A DNA stretch of 64,000 nucleotides from Mobula hypostoma (taxonomy: Eukaryota). The position numbers and the translations under genes were made by a program. Shown piece after piece: positions 25,504 through 37,074 of this stretch. Within the stretch, counting starts at the first letter, position 1. Each line of letters opens with the position of its first letter. The DNA is taken from assembly GCF_963921235.1 (NCBI RefSeq), contig NC_086097.1:46874001-46938000 (forward strand), in the 5' to 3' direction. The notes under the pieces are model-generated. The model was not told the DNA's origin and did not search any database. It saw only the letters and a program-made list of their open reading frames with translations.

Positions 25504-26257
25504 ATCCACAAAGCAATGTCCCCTTGGGTGATAATAGAGAAGCACAAATCTGGAGAAGGATACAAGACCATCTCAAAGGCACTGAACATACCTCAGAACT
25601 CAGCAGTCCATTGTGAAAAAGTGAAAAAATATATGAAACCACAGCCACACTGCCTAGGTAATGCTGCCAAACTTAGTGGCTGGAGAAGAAAGGCACTTGT
25701 AAGAGAAGCTACAGTGATGGCAACAATCACTCTGAACAAACTGCAGACATCAGTGGCCGGAGATGAAGTTCATGGCTCCACAATCTCTAAGGCCTTGCAC
25801 AAAACGGGTATTGATGAAAGAGTGGCTAGGAAGAAGTCCTAGCTAAAAAAAAAACCATATCATTGCCCATAAATATTTTGCCAAACATCACTTAGAAGAT
25901 ACTGTATAAATGTGGAAGAAGGTCTTCTGGTCAGATGCCACTGAAGTGGAACTTTTTGGCCTCAACACCAAGTAGTATATGTGGCATATTGCTGTCCGCT
26001 GCCACGCACCAGCTACTGTCATCTGGCACAGCTTGAGCAATTTTGCAAGGTGAAATGGGCAAATCTTGCTCCAATACATTGTCCAAAGCTAATAGAGACT
26101 TATACATTATTATGTACCCCGTAACTGGGTTACCAAACCAGCAGAAGTGGATCACTCAGTTGGAGTCTGGATTACTAGAACTAAGAAAGTTTTATTAAAG
26201 AAACAAGCAACACAGTACTCTAATCAAAAGGATAATGAATGCAACAGTTCAGCAATG

Positions 26258-26584
26258 ATGCCCATTCTCTCGGTCCCCCCCCCTTGTCTTTCTTCCCGGA
26301 CCTCCTGTCCCATGATCCTCTCGTATCCTCTTTTGCCTATCACCTGTCCAGCTCTTGGCTCCATCCCTCCCCCTCCTGTCTTCTCCTATCATTTTGGATC
26401 TCCCCCTCCCCCTCCAACTTTCAAATCCCTTACTCACTCTTCCTTCAGTTAGTCCTGACGAAGGGTCTCGGCCTGAAACGTCGACTGCACCTCTTCCTAC
26501 AGATGCTGCCTGGCCTGCTGCGTTCACCAGCAACTTTGATGTATGTTGCTTGAATTTCCAGCATCTGCAGAATTCCTGTTGTTT
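26258..26584 (+). mobile_element. Penelope-like pseudo-LTR fragment
   Basis: Near identical to 42277-42560 and to the reverse complement of 40546-40870; ends GAATTCCTGTTGTTT. Confidence 0.9.
26451..26486 (+). ncRNA. Minimal type I hammerhead ribozyme motif (core intact)
   Basis: AGUC-CUGACGA-AGG(GUCUCGG)CCU-GAAAC-GUC/GACU: conserved core, stem I AGUC:GACU, stem II AGG:CCU, palindromic loop-less stem III ACGU. Predicted cut after 26482. Confidence 0.8.
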
Positions 26585-26586
26585 GC

Positions 26587-28749
26587 GTCATAATTCTGTC
26601 GACTGTCTTCCTCACCCCAAAATGTCCACTGAGGGGTACTTTGTGGGCCAGGTTAAAAATCTCGCCCCTATAAATTTTCGGCACTACCACCTGGTGTACA
26701 ACTCCCCACTCCTCATCTGCAGGCACAGTATGTGGTCTCCATTTCCTCATTAGTACTCCCTCCTTTACATAATAGCCGACTGGTTCCCTTTTCAATTCTG
26801 CGTCAGAGAGAACTGTCTCTGCCAAACCCATCAGCTCCTCGTCTCGCTCTTGTGCCTGTGTAAAGTCCTTCCTGGCTAATGCTAAGTCTGCCTCAGCCCC
26901 CTCACCTCCTCTTGTTCCACCACGCTCCTCCTTTTCACCTTCTACCCTCTCCTCGTACAAGGCTGGCAGAAACGTCTCAGCTAGCTGTATCTCAGCATTT
27001 GCAGCTTCCTCGACATCTGTCGAGTTATTGCATAAACGGGGTAAACCTGCAAGTCCATGGGTGGGGCCTCAATGCTGGCAGGCTGACTTGTCAATCTCAC
27101 GGCTGGGAACACAATTCCCCCCCGCGAGGTCATTACCGAGCAAGACTTCCACGCCTTTCATCGGTAATTCGGACCTCACCCCGATCGTGACTAGTCCAGA
27201 GACCAGGTTGCTTTGTAAGTGTATCTGGTGCAAAGGCATGGCTTCCGTCCCTTTTCCAATGCCTTTGATCACGCTAACCTCCCCAGTCTCGGTCTCTGAA
27301 CTAAAGTCTAAAACACTCCTCAAGATCAGTGACTGACAAGCTTCCGTGTCTCTCCAGATCCGTACTGGAATTGGGTTTAACCCCTCTTTCACCGACACCA
27401 ATCCGGCCGAGATAAACCTCTCGCGCCCTTCCTGAACCTTATCCGACCTCCCCTCTCCTGGAGGTTGGTTTGCCGGCTCAATACAGCCAGTCGGAACCCC
27501 CATTTTTCCTTTTCCCGTCTCCTTCTTTGGGGCAAAGCACCTGGACGCAAAGTGTCCGACTTTCCCACAATTATAACAGACGACCCCAGGAGACTTCCTA
27601 CCAGACTGCTCCCGGTCTACCTTATCCTTCTCACTAGTCCCCGGCTTACTTACTGACCTTTCTGGCGGACTCTCCCCGCCGTCCTGACGTCCCTTCTGGT
27701 AGCCTTTACTCGGGGCAAACTTCATTTTATGCGTCAACGCATACTCATCCGCTAACTTAGCAGTTGCGGCTAACGTGACTGCCTCTTTCTCATCTAGGTA
27801 GGGTCTCATACCCTCAGGGACACAACCTTTAAACTGCTCAATCAGGATCAGCTGTAGCAGTCTGTCATAATCCCCCTCTACCCCCTTCGAGGCGCACCAA
27901 CGCTCACAATACGTCTGCATCTCACGGGCAAACTCTAAATACGTGCGGTCCCACTGCTTCCTCGCATTTCGAAACCTCTGCCGGTATGCCTCCGGGACCA
28001 ACTCATAAATCCTGAGGATGGCCTCTTTCATCACCTCATACCTCTGGGTATCTTCCGCGGACAAAGCTGAGTAAGCTTGTTGGGCTTTCCCTTTCAGTAC
28101 ACTCTGAAGCAAAACAGCCCACTTATCCCTCGGCCAGTCCTGACTTGTAGCAACTTTTTCGAAATGGAGAAAGTACCAATCCACGTCGGTATCATCAAAT
28201 GGGGGAACCAGCCTAACCTCCTGGGTTGCCCGGAACCCTCCACCTTGGTTCGGCACGGGCCCCTGCTCTGCCCTTATCCTTAACTTCTCCAGCTCGAATT
28301 CCCTTTCCCTCTGTTTCTCCTCCCGCTCCCACTGTCTCTCTCTCTCCCTCTCTCTCTCCTGCCTTTCTAACTCTCTCTTTCTCTTGCCTTTCTAACTCTC
28401 TCTCTTGCCTTTCTAAGTCTCTCTCCTTCTCTTGCCTTTCTAACTCTCTCTCCTTCTCTTCTCGCTCCAACTGCCGTACCCGGAACTCGTGCTCGAGTCT
28501 CAGTTTTTCAAGCTGCACCTGTACCGCGTCTCCGGCAGGTTTTTCAATAGACACCACCTCCAGCTCGCCTTGGAGAAACACACCTTTAGATACATAGTGG
28601 TTTACGATAGCTCTGTGTATCTCCTGTCTCCTCATTGTCGACTTCCCCTTAGCAAGATTCAATTGTTTGGCCACAGCTACCAGTTCCGATTTCCTGGCAT
28701 CCTCTAATGCCTCCAAGGTCGGCGCCTTTATAATTTCCTCAGCCTCCAT
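26587..28749 (-). pseudogene. gag: gag-pro-(int) pseudogene: coiled coil, SCAN-like capsid, CCHC knuckle, protease, integrase zinc-binding start
   Basis: LVPPFDDTDVDWYFLHFEKVA, ELVPEAYRQRFR, LILIEQFK, CYNCGKVGHFASRC, RDTEACQSLIL, LLGNDL, LAHKVPLSGHFGVRKT; two frameshifts. Confidence 0.85.
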
Positions 28750-29949
28750 TTCTGCTGTTTGTCTTTTCTTTCTTTCGGGAATTTTGACCCAATCAATTTA
28801 CTCCGTCCCAAATTTAGCGTTCAAAATCGCAGACGAGAACCCCACCTATGTTACGTACCCTGTAACTGGGTTGCCAAACCAGCAGAAATGGATCACTCAG
28901 TTGGAGTCTGGATTACTGGAACTAAGAAAGTTTTATTAAAGAAACAAGCAACACAGTACTCTAATCAAAAGGATAATGAATGCAACAGTTCAGCAATGAT
29001 AAACATACATGTACACAGAATTCAGATAACAGGATCAATCAAGCTCTATCATTGTCTAGGGGTAAATGACCAGTTTCAAAGTGACGCAAAGTTCAGTTCA
29101 ATTTAGTTCAGTTCAGTTCGCAGTAATCGCTGCCGTGGGAGATGGACAGTGTGGGGGAAGGAGACAGAGAGCAAAAACGAATGAATATTCAAGGCTTCCA
29201 CACAGACCTTCGCAGTCAGCTTTTGGGCGAGTCCTTTGTGATGTCATCTGAGGTCACCGACCGTGACCCCTCCGTTTCCAGATACGATCGTTTCTCTGCG
29301 GTGAACCCAGCACCCAGGCAAGGGTGGACACACACCAGGTTCCCGCCGATCATGCCTTTCCATCCTGTGCGTCTATGGCCCGATACTTCCCACCGACTTG
29401 TGAGAGACGCACCTCTTCCAGGGTCTTGTTACCTCGGGTGTCGTGTGTGTCCTGCCTTAGTGAACCTGTCCCGTTTTTATCCCCCTGCTGGGGTATCGCC
29501 TGTCCATCACTACCAACAGTTCAGGGTTCAAAGGGGGAGCCGATCTTGACAGCTCTCCTTCCTTCATTAACATCTCCAAATGCTGCTCCATTGTTTTCCT
29601 TATCTCTCTCTCTCCTGAAGACAGGTGGCAGACCAACTGCTGATTCCACTGGTGCCAGCCCAGGCCAGCTACATCGTGTATTCTTGTCACAGCATAAAGA
29701 CCTTTGGCTGCAATAGCTTCAAGAGGTGGTTCAACTAAGTACTGAGCAAAGGGGGATACTTTTGAACTGCTGAAATTTCAATTGTTGAATTTTTAGTTTT
29801 TCATGTTTTATAATTGTCCATGTTTTTGGGCTCTTCTGTGAAAAAGGAGCATGTGATTCACAAATAAAAATTCTCAGTTAAATTGATCATAATCCCTGGT
29901 CGTAATACTCATATCCCTGAACAAAGGTTTGGGACTGAATACTTTTCCT

Positions 29950-30375
29950 TAGATAGGAGCCCAAAATTGCTCACAATATTCCAAATGCATTCTGAGCAAT
30001 GTCTTATAAAGCCTCAACTTTCTTGCTTTTATATTCCAGTCCTTTTGAAATTAATGTTAATATTGCATGTTCCTTCTTTACTATTGACTCAACCTGTACG
30101 TTAACCTTGAGAGAAATCCTAAACAAAGATGCCCAAGACCCTTTTGCGCTTTTGACTTCTGAATTTTCTCCCCATTTATGAAATAGTCTACAACTTTATT
30201 CTTCCTATCAAAGTGCACAAACCCCAAACTTGCCTAAACTGTATTTCATCTGCCACCTCTTTGCCCACTGTCTCAACTTATCCAATTTCTTCTGCAGACT
30301 CCCTGTGTCTACCTCACTACCTGTTCCTCCATATACTGTATCTTGGTATCATCTGCAATCTTGGCCACTGTGTCA
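29950..30375 (-). mobile_element. Degenerate CR1 RT fragment
   Basis: Resembles the ADDTK to WSP region of other CR1 copies. Confidence 0.6.
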
Positions 30376-30404
30376 TCAGTTCCTGCATCTGGAACATCAC
30401 TGTA

Positions 30405-33400
30405 TGAAACCACCTTGGTTTCCTCAGCTGCGTAAGTCTAGGGAAGACAACCTCCGGCCCCGCCAGACTCATGAGATTGAGGTGCCCTTGATCCCACCCC
30501 AAACCTCGGTTTGTGTGTATGCTACGTCATTGGCTACCCTGTTACAAATTAATGCCACGAAATAACACACAGTACACTGCATACAATTAAAGGAATTATA
30601 TTTATAAATCTTAACTGAAGGGTTAGTAAAGAATAACAAAAAAGGGCCCATTCTAATTAAACAGTCAAATGTGCAGAAGTTGGAGCTCATCTGGAACTTC
30701 TCTGTCACTCATGCCCTGGGCCCTCGGTCAACGTGAAAGCACACACCACCTACCGAATGTTGCTCGCAATCCACCTCGAACAAACAGGTCTCCCACCAGA
30801 TCGTAAGCTACGACCGGTTCTCTCCAGTGACTTCTCTCTTCATCTCCCCTTGAACAAAAGCCCCAAGCCCAACCTTATTGTCCTTCACCAAGAAAACCTC
30901 CCCCTAATTGGATGGCACATGTTCCACATCATCCCTTTATCTTCAACAGTTACCCAAACAGGCTGACAGCAGGACAGCAGAACAGCAGCTCTTATAGAGC
31001 TGCTAAATGAAGTACCTACAGCATAACAGTAAAGATGTGAACCAGGGCATTACACTCTCCCCGCCCCCACCACAAATAGTCATGTCCTCATGACTTTGGA
31101 ATAATTTGTCATCCCATCATTAATAACACTGTTTTCAAAGGAATTTTGTGATGTCAGAACCTTCAATCCATTTGTAGATGGTACAGGTCGACCTTCACTA
31201 ATCCGGCACCATTGGGACCTGAGGAGTGCCGGATTAGTGAAAATGCCGAACTACAGAAAGATTACCGAAGGAACCGGATTACAGGTAGTTGGATTAATGA
31301 AGGTCGACCTGTAGTGACATATCTCACTAGGGGGATGTTTCCCCAGTGCTACATAGGCCAGTCTATCTGGGGGACTCCTGACTCTTTGAGACCTCCTTAT
31401 CCCATCATCTACATCTTCAGTTTCAGACATTCCTTGGGATACCTCTGGTCTATATGGTGAGGCGTTTCCCCAGTCTATCACTCGTTCCTTCCTGCAACTC
31501 AGATCCCTCTGCCACTTGGCTGAACTCAGCCTCATAAGTTACTTTAGAGCCCAGCCCCCTTCATGGTCCAGCTGCAAACCTGCCTGAGCACTGCTAATCC
31601 CCCCATTTCATCTGCCTCAGCGTGAGAAAGGTTGGGAATCTCTTCCTCAATTATTGGGGAGTTAGCAAAAGGCAGCATATACCACACCCCTATTTCCCCA
31701 TCCTCCAAGTCCATATCCCATTCAGGGGCAGGCGCCAGTTTAATCGTTCCTGCTTCTGGTCCTTCAGTCTCACCATGTTGCCACAAAGTCCTCTTACTAG
31801 GTGTAGGGCCCAGGTCAGACTCTGGGTCAATATGCACCTCTTGTCCCAGAGGTAGAATATGGTTCCAATGGAGAATCTTGACAGGCCCATCCCCATTTTC
31901 TGGTTTCACCCGGAAAATTGGTACATTTGGCATCTGACTCTCCACTACATAGGGTGTAGCCGTCCAGCAGTCAGCCAATTTATGCTTGCCAGGTAGCCCC
32001 AAGTTCTTCACAAGGATTCGGTCTCCAGGCATGAGTTGGGAGAAACTGACCTTTTGATCATACCTCCTCTTATTTCCTTAATTTTGCTTGGTAGCCAAGA
32101 CCTCAGCTAATTCATAAGCCTTTTTCAGCTCCCTTCTCGTATCAGCCACATTCTTCAGATAAGTCTTCTCTTTATCAGCCTCACTCATAATACACACTCA
32201 AGTCCAGCACACTGAACTACGTCACACCACTCAGACAGGCCAGCACCTCCTCAACTCTCAGGACTGCATACTGGTCGGGGGGACACACATCTATACCTTC
32301 CCATTCTTCTTCCTGGCCACTACTACTGGAGAGGTGTAAGGGCTTCTGGACTCAGTGATAATCCCAGTTTCCTTCAGTTTCCACCGATGCTGCCAAACGT
32401 CCTCCACCTCTGCAGATGTCAGTCGCCGCAACCTTTCTCTGGACGGAGTGCCCTCTGTCACCCAGAGGGTGTGGCGAGTGCCCTTGGAACAACCCACACC
32501 AACTCATCAGTAGAAGACATCTTCCAGCTTCAACATTTTCTCTATCACTTTCTCTTTCTTCTTCCAACCTCCATGTACCAGGGAGTCCCCAAAGTTGAAT
32601 GACTCGGCAGTCATCCTTCTTTTCAGAGAGAATTTCTTCCCAACTTGTCTCAGAGGGACACTGGACATTACCGTCACCAGGAAGAAGTGTGTCATTGGCA
32701 TCCCCTGCCTGGGAGTGATCTCCCGCTCCGAAGTGTTCCTGACACTCACTGTCATTCTATTCACCTATACAACTAAGGGCTACTGCAGTTCGGGCCTCAC
32801 CAGTACCCTTGAAGGTAAGCCTGACTCCTCTTCATGGTCATCCACCAAGAGGGCCTCGGCCTCAGGCATTCTGGGAAATTTGGGTTCCCCATCACTCTCA
32901 CTGCCTCCCCAGGCTGTAACACAACTGGTTTTGACTGGGTGAACCACACAGTCCTTCGTTTACGATCATCATCCAGCCCAGTGCAGCCACGCACTTCCTC
33001 AAAAGCAGCTTGGAACACAGGGTGAATGGACAATGCCTTCAGAAAGCTCTCTCCAACTTTCCCTTTGCAGGCTCCCACTAGCCTCCTCACATTAGGAGTA
33101 TTCATCCCCAGGAGAATTGAAGCTTCGTCCCTCTCGATCGGGTCCGGACAAACCAGCTCTAATGTATCAGGGACCTCAGCTACTCCCACATCTGCCTCTA
33201 AAAACTCCAGCTTCAATGACAAGTAACCATCGTACGGATAGTCATCCGTACTAGGACCCCAGATCTCTAGTGCACTGAGTTACGTCAATGGTAAATGCGT
33301 CAAATACCGGTTGTAAAACAAACAGTACAGCAGAGTAACCTGAGAGCCGGTGTCAAGTATGGCTCTGGCATAAATACCCTCGATCCGTAGCGATACACTG

Positions 33401-35548
33401 GAGCTTGGCCCCACTGAGCCTTCAGGACTAGGGTGTCTTGCTTTCGGGTGTTCTTTGATATATTGCTGGGAACGTGATCCCCCTGAGAAGCCAGGATGTT
33501 CCCTCACTGGGTCACTCCGCTTAGGTACCCGGGGGCTCACTCTCCAACGGGTTTCCCGTCATTCACACTCCCGCCTGAAGTGACCCTCTTCACCAGAGTT
33601 ATAACAGACAATATCGGCCACTCCCCTTTTCGCGGGATCCTGGTCTCACTAGCAGCCCTCTGCGTAGTCCGTCCCCTTAGGGGATTCGCCTCCCTATCAG
33701 CTCTATCGTGCGCGGGGGGGGGGCCGCACCCGCTGATAACAACCGGAACATCTCAGTCCTAAACTCTGCCACGAACTCCTTCACCACTCCATGGGGTGGG
33801 TTATCAGTGATCACCTCAGCCAAAGGGACCACTACCAAGGACTGTACCCTGCGGACGGAGGCTTCCCGTGCCTCCATCGCATTCTCCTCCTCTCTTACTT
33901 CTCTGATCAGCTCGACAAACAAGGGAGGGGGTGCATCTTACGGGACATTCGGAGGCCCCAAGTGATCAGGTCCGGCAAATGGGCACCTTTCACCACTTGG
34001 TCCATTCTTAACTGATTCACCTCAACCATTTGAATGGCCCTTCTCCACTACAAGCCATTTAGCTGCCTCCCTAGCCAAAAAGTAGGCAGAAAGCTTCTGC
34101 CCCTTTTCCTGAAACATGTTCTGAAACCCTGTCATAAGCTCCAATGGGCTTCCCATCATGCCAAACACCTTTTCTAGTGCTTGCATGTAGGCCATAGAGG
34201 TAACAAAGGGGTTCTGTGTCTTTACGGATCTCACTACGTCAACAGACGGCCCCTTCATACTTTCAACCAATCGCTGTCTGTTTTCATCATCAGGGCACTG
34301 CCACTCATCCAGCAACTGAGGGATCTGCTCTGCCCAAGTCTCGTACTCCTCTTTCCACTTAGGGGTGGGCTTTGTTCCTGAGAAAAGGCTGAGGCTGCGA
34401 TAGCTGGGACTTTGAACCTGGGAATTTTGCCATTTATTCACCAGGGAAGTAAGAGCTATCAACTCAGAATGCTCTGCCCTCGCTAGAGGACTCATCAGAC
34501 CTTCTACATCAGACCAATCCTTCCCTTTGCACCACAGAAACGAGAGCGACTTGTCTTTAAAGTCTCCTCCCCCGCTACAGGAAATTCAGCTTCCAATTCG
34601 GCACACTCGCCTTCACTCCTCTCCTCCCGGGAAATGTGGACAACCCACAGCCCCCACTCTCCCCGGACCCCAACAGTACCAGACAGTTCTATTGCCATTA
34701 TGTCAGTGCTAGCCTGAAATAAAACAAAGTCTTTGTCCGCCATTTTATCAAACCTCCACTCCACCCCTTGCAACATCCATAACCACGTATCATACTCATT
34801 TAACCGAACAATAGTTTAACACAGACATAAACACACAACCTACTGGATCAACGCTCAGGGCAATCACACAGCATCCAATGAAATCGATCCCAGACGATTC
34901 CCCACAATGAAACCACCTTGGTTTCCTCAGCTGCGTAAGTCTAGGGAAGACAACCTCCGGCCCCGCCAAACTCAGGAGATTGAGGCGCACTTGATCCCAC
35001 CCCAAACCCCGGTTTGTGTGTATGCTACGTCATTGGCTATCCTGTTACAAATTAATGCCATGGAATAACACACAGTACACTGCATTCAATTAAAGGAATT
35101 ATATTTATGAAGCTTAACTGAAGGATTAGTAAAGAATAACAAAAAGGGCCCATTCTAATTGAACAGTCAAATGTGCACAAGTTGGAGCTCATCTGGAACT
35201 TCTCTGTCACTCATGCTCTGGGCCCCTCGGTCAATATGAGTGCACACACCACCTACCGAATGTTGCTCGCAATCCACCTCGAACAAACTGGTTCCAACCA
35301 GATCGTATGCTACGACCGGTTCTCTCCAGTATCTTTTCTTTTTATCTCTCCTCGAACAAAAACCCCAAGCCCCACCTTATTGTCCTTCACCAAGAAAACC
35401 TCCTGCTAATTGGCTGGCACACATTCCACATCATCCCTTATCTTCAACAGTAACCCAAACAGGCTGACAGCAGAACAGACTACTCTCACAGAGCTGCTAA
35501 ATGGAATACCTACAGCATAACAGTAAAGATGTGAACCAGGGCATTATA
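30405..35548 (-). mobile_element. Gypsy LTR retrotransposon with PNMA-like Gag; most of RT, RNase H and integrase core deleted
   Basis: LTRs 30405-31054 and 34908-35548, TSD TGTA/AGTA (1 mismatch), tRNA-Pro-like PBS TGGGGAATCGTCTGGGAT, purine tract next to 31055. Motifs YRSLSLFSG..EEYETW, CYNSGEEGHFRREC, AILDTGSQVTLL, SPYTSPVVVARKKNG, PGDRILVKNLGLPGKHKLADCW. Confidence 0.9.
31184..31311. mobile_element. 128-bp Tc1/mariner-Tigger-type MITE
   Basis: TIRs CAGGTCGACCTTCACTAATCC / GGATTAATGAAGGTCGACCTG with TA on both sides. Confidence 0.88.
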
Positions 35549-37074
35549 AGTATAAAGTGGAAAATTTTAAAAATTAGTCAAATCCGAACAGTAGGGGAAA
35601 AACTACTTGTTTTTCAACTGAGAAAAAAGGTTACAAATTCTGAGCATGAAGGCCTGAAAATTATAAACTTCCTGTTTTTGAATGAATCATAGTTTAGAAA
35701 TTCAAACTGAATATAGGATACGAGTATAAAATCTTGAATACTTTCCTTGCAGTTGATTCTGCGTCTTCTTCAAGGCACACATAAAATGTTTTCCTTACTC
35801 ACTGAAAAGTTAAAGCATGGATTTACTAGCCAGTGATGAAGGATAAAAGCTGGGGCCTCACACCTCCCATGCATCGAGAGTCCTGAATTCCAGTTTCACC
35901 TGAGTGTAACTCTCAAGTCACCACAGCTGACACTGATTTGTCATGATGTCCAATGGGAAGTTTAGATATCCTCATATCTCCTGGCATTTTGGTTGTACAA
36001 TCTGTACTTGAGCATGCACCAGTTCAATGCGGCAGAAGTCTGCTGAACTCATTGATTTTAATGGAAAGATATGGCCCTGAAGACAACAGCACTTCAAGTA
36101 AATTTCCTTTTTATTTTGTTTAATTGATTTTCAATTGTGTGCATGTTTCTAAGATTTTAGTTTATGCCTTTATAGCTTAAATCATATTTAACTGTATTTA
36201 TATATAAATAATGTCTGATAGCTTTTGAATACTGTATTTACAAATACCATTCAATTTAAACTGCAGTCTTGACAGTCAGTTAGCCTGGGGTCACAGATTC
36301 ACTCCCTGTTAAGGAAAACCAGGATGGGTAGAATCTGTCTTGTTCAGAGGCCATGTCTGGTTCTCTCCAATCAGCTGGGAGTAAGCATTGAAATGGAAGT
36401 CTGGTGACACATTACAAGAATCAGCATGCTCCTAGAACAAATGACCAGAAATCTAAGACAGTTCATCAGACCAGTGAAAATAATCAACCTACTAGGTTAT
36501 AATCATAAGACCTACTAGGTTATAACCATAAGACCAATCGACATAGGAGCACAATTAGGCCATTTAGCCCATCAAGTCTACTCCACCATTTAATCGTGGC
36601 TGATCTATTTCCCTGTCATAATGAGATGAGGTATTATGGTACTCTCACATAAATGCACTGTTATGGTTCTAAAAGCAGTGGACCAAAGAACTAGTGATGT
36701 TTCTTGAGCCTACTCAACCATTCAATTTGATTATTGCCAATCCACTGTATATCATAGCTCTAATCAATCATCTTTCTTTCATGCTAATAATCTATTTTTT
36801 TAAAGTTGCAGTAATAAAGATTGTTTACGAATCCACACTAAGTTGCTCATCTAGATAATTTGTCCTTCAGTTTCATTTCCTCTGTGTGGAGAAGCAGACA
36901 TCATATATTTGGCATGAAACAAATGGGGAAAAGATGCCAAATTCTATGGAACATGACTGTTCAACAGAGCAAGCGTATTATAATTTGATTTCAGAGCCCA
37001 ATTAGATGCAGACTGTGCCTGCAGAAATTTCTTTCTCAATCAGTGATATAGCAGCAAAGAAGTTGAGAAAGTAA

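Larger units (their letters stand above)
26108..29691 (-). mobile_element. Gmr1-like Gypsy LTR retrotransposon, pol mostly deleted
   Basis: 5' LTR 28849-29691, partial 3' LTR 26108-26257, TSD ACAT/GCAT (1 mismatch), degenerate tRNA-Pro-type PBS TGGGGTTCTCGTCTG; order gag-protease-integrase N-terminus. Confidence 0.88.
25505..29948 (+). mobile_element. Tc1 transposase pseudogene (catalytic core deleted), split by Gypsy insertion (25505-26107, 29692-29948)
   Basis: [39 protein letters not shown] and, after the insertion, AAIASRGGSTKY*; TIR-like GGACTGAATACTTTT near 29932. Confidence 0.8.

Noticed and set aside
28310..28470. CT-rich 21-bp periodic repeat
   Set aside because: It encodes the ERELERQEK coiled coil of Gag and is not an independent feature.
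36487..36532. 23-bp tandem duplication
   Set aside because: Simple local duplication at a CR1-type tail.
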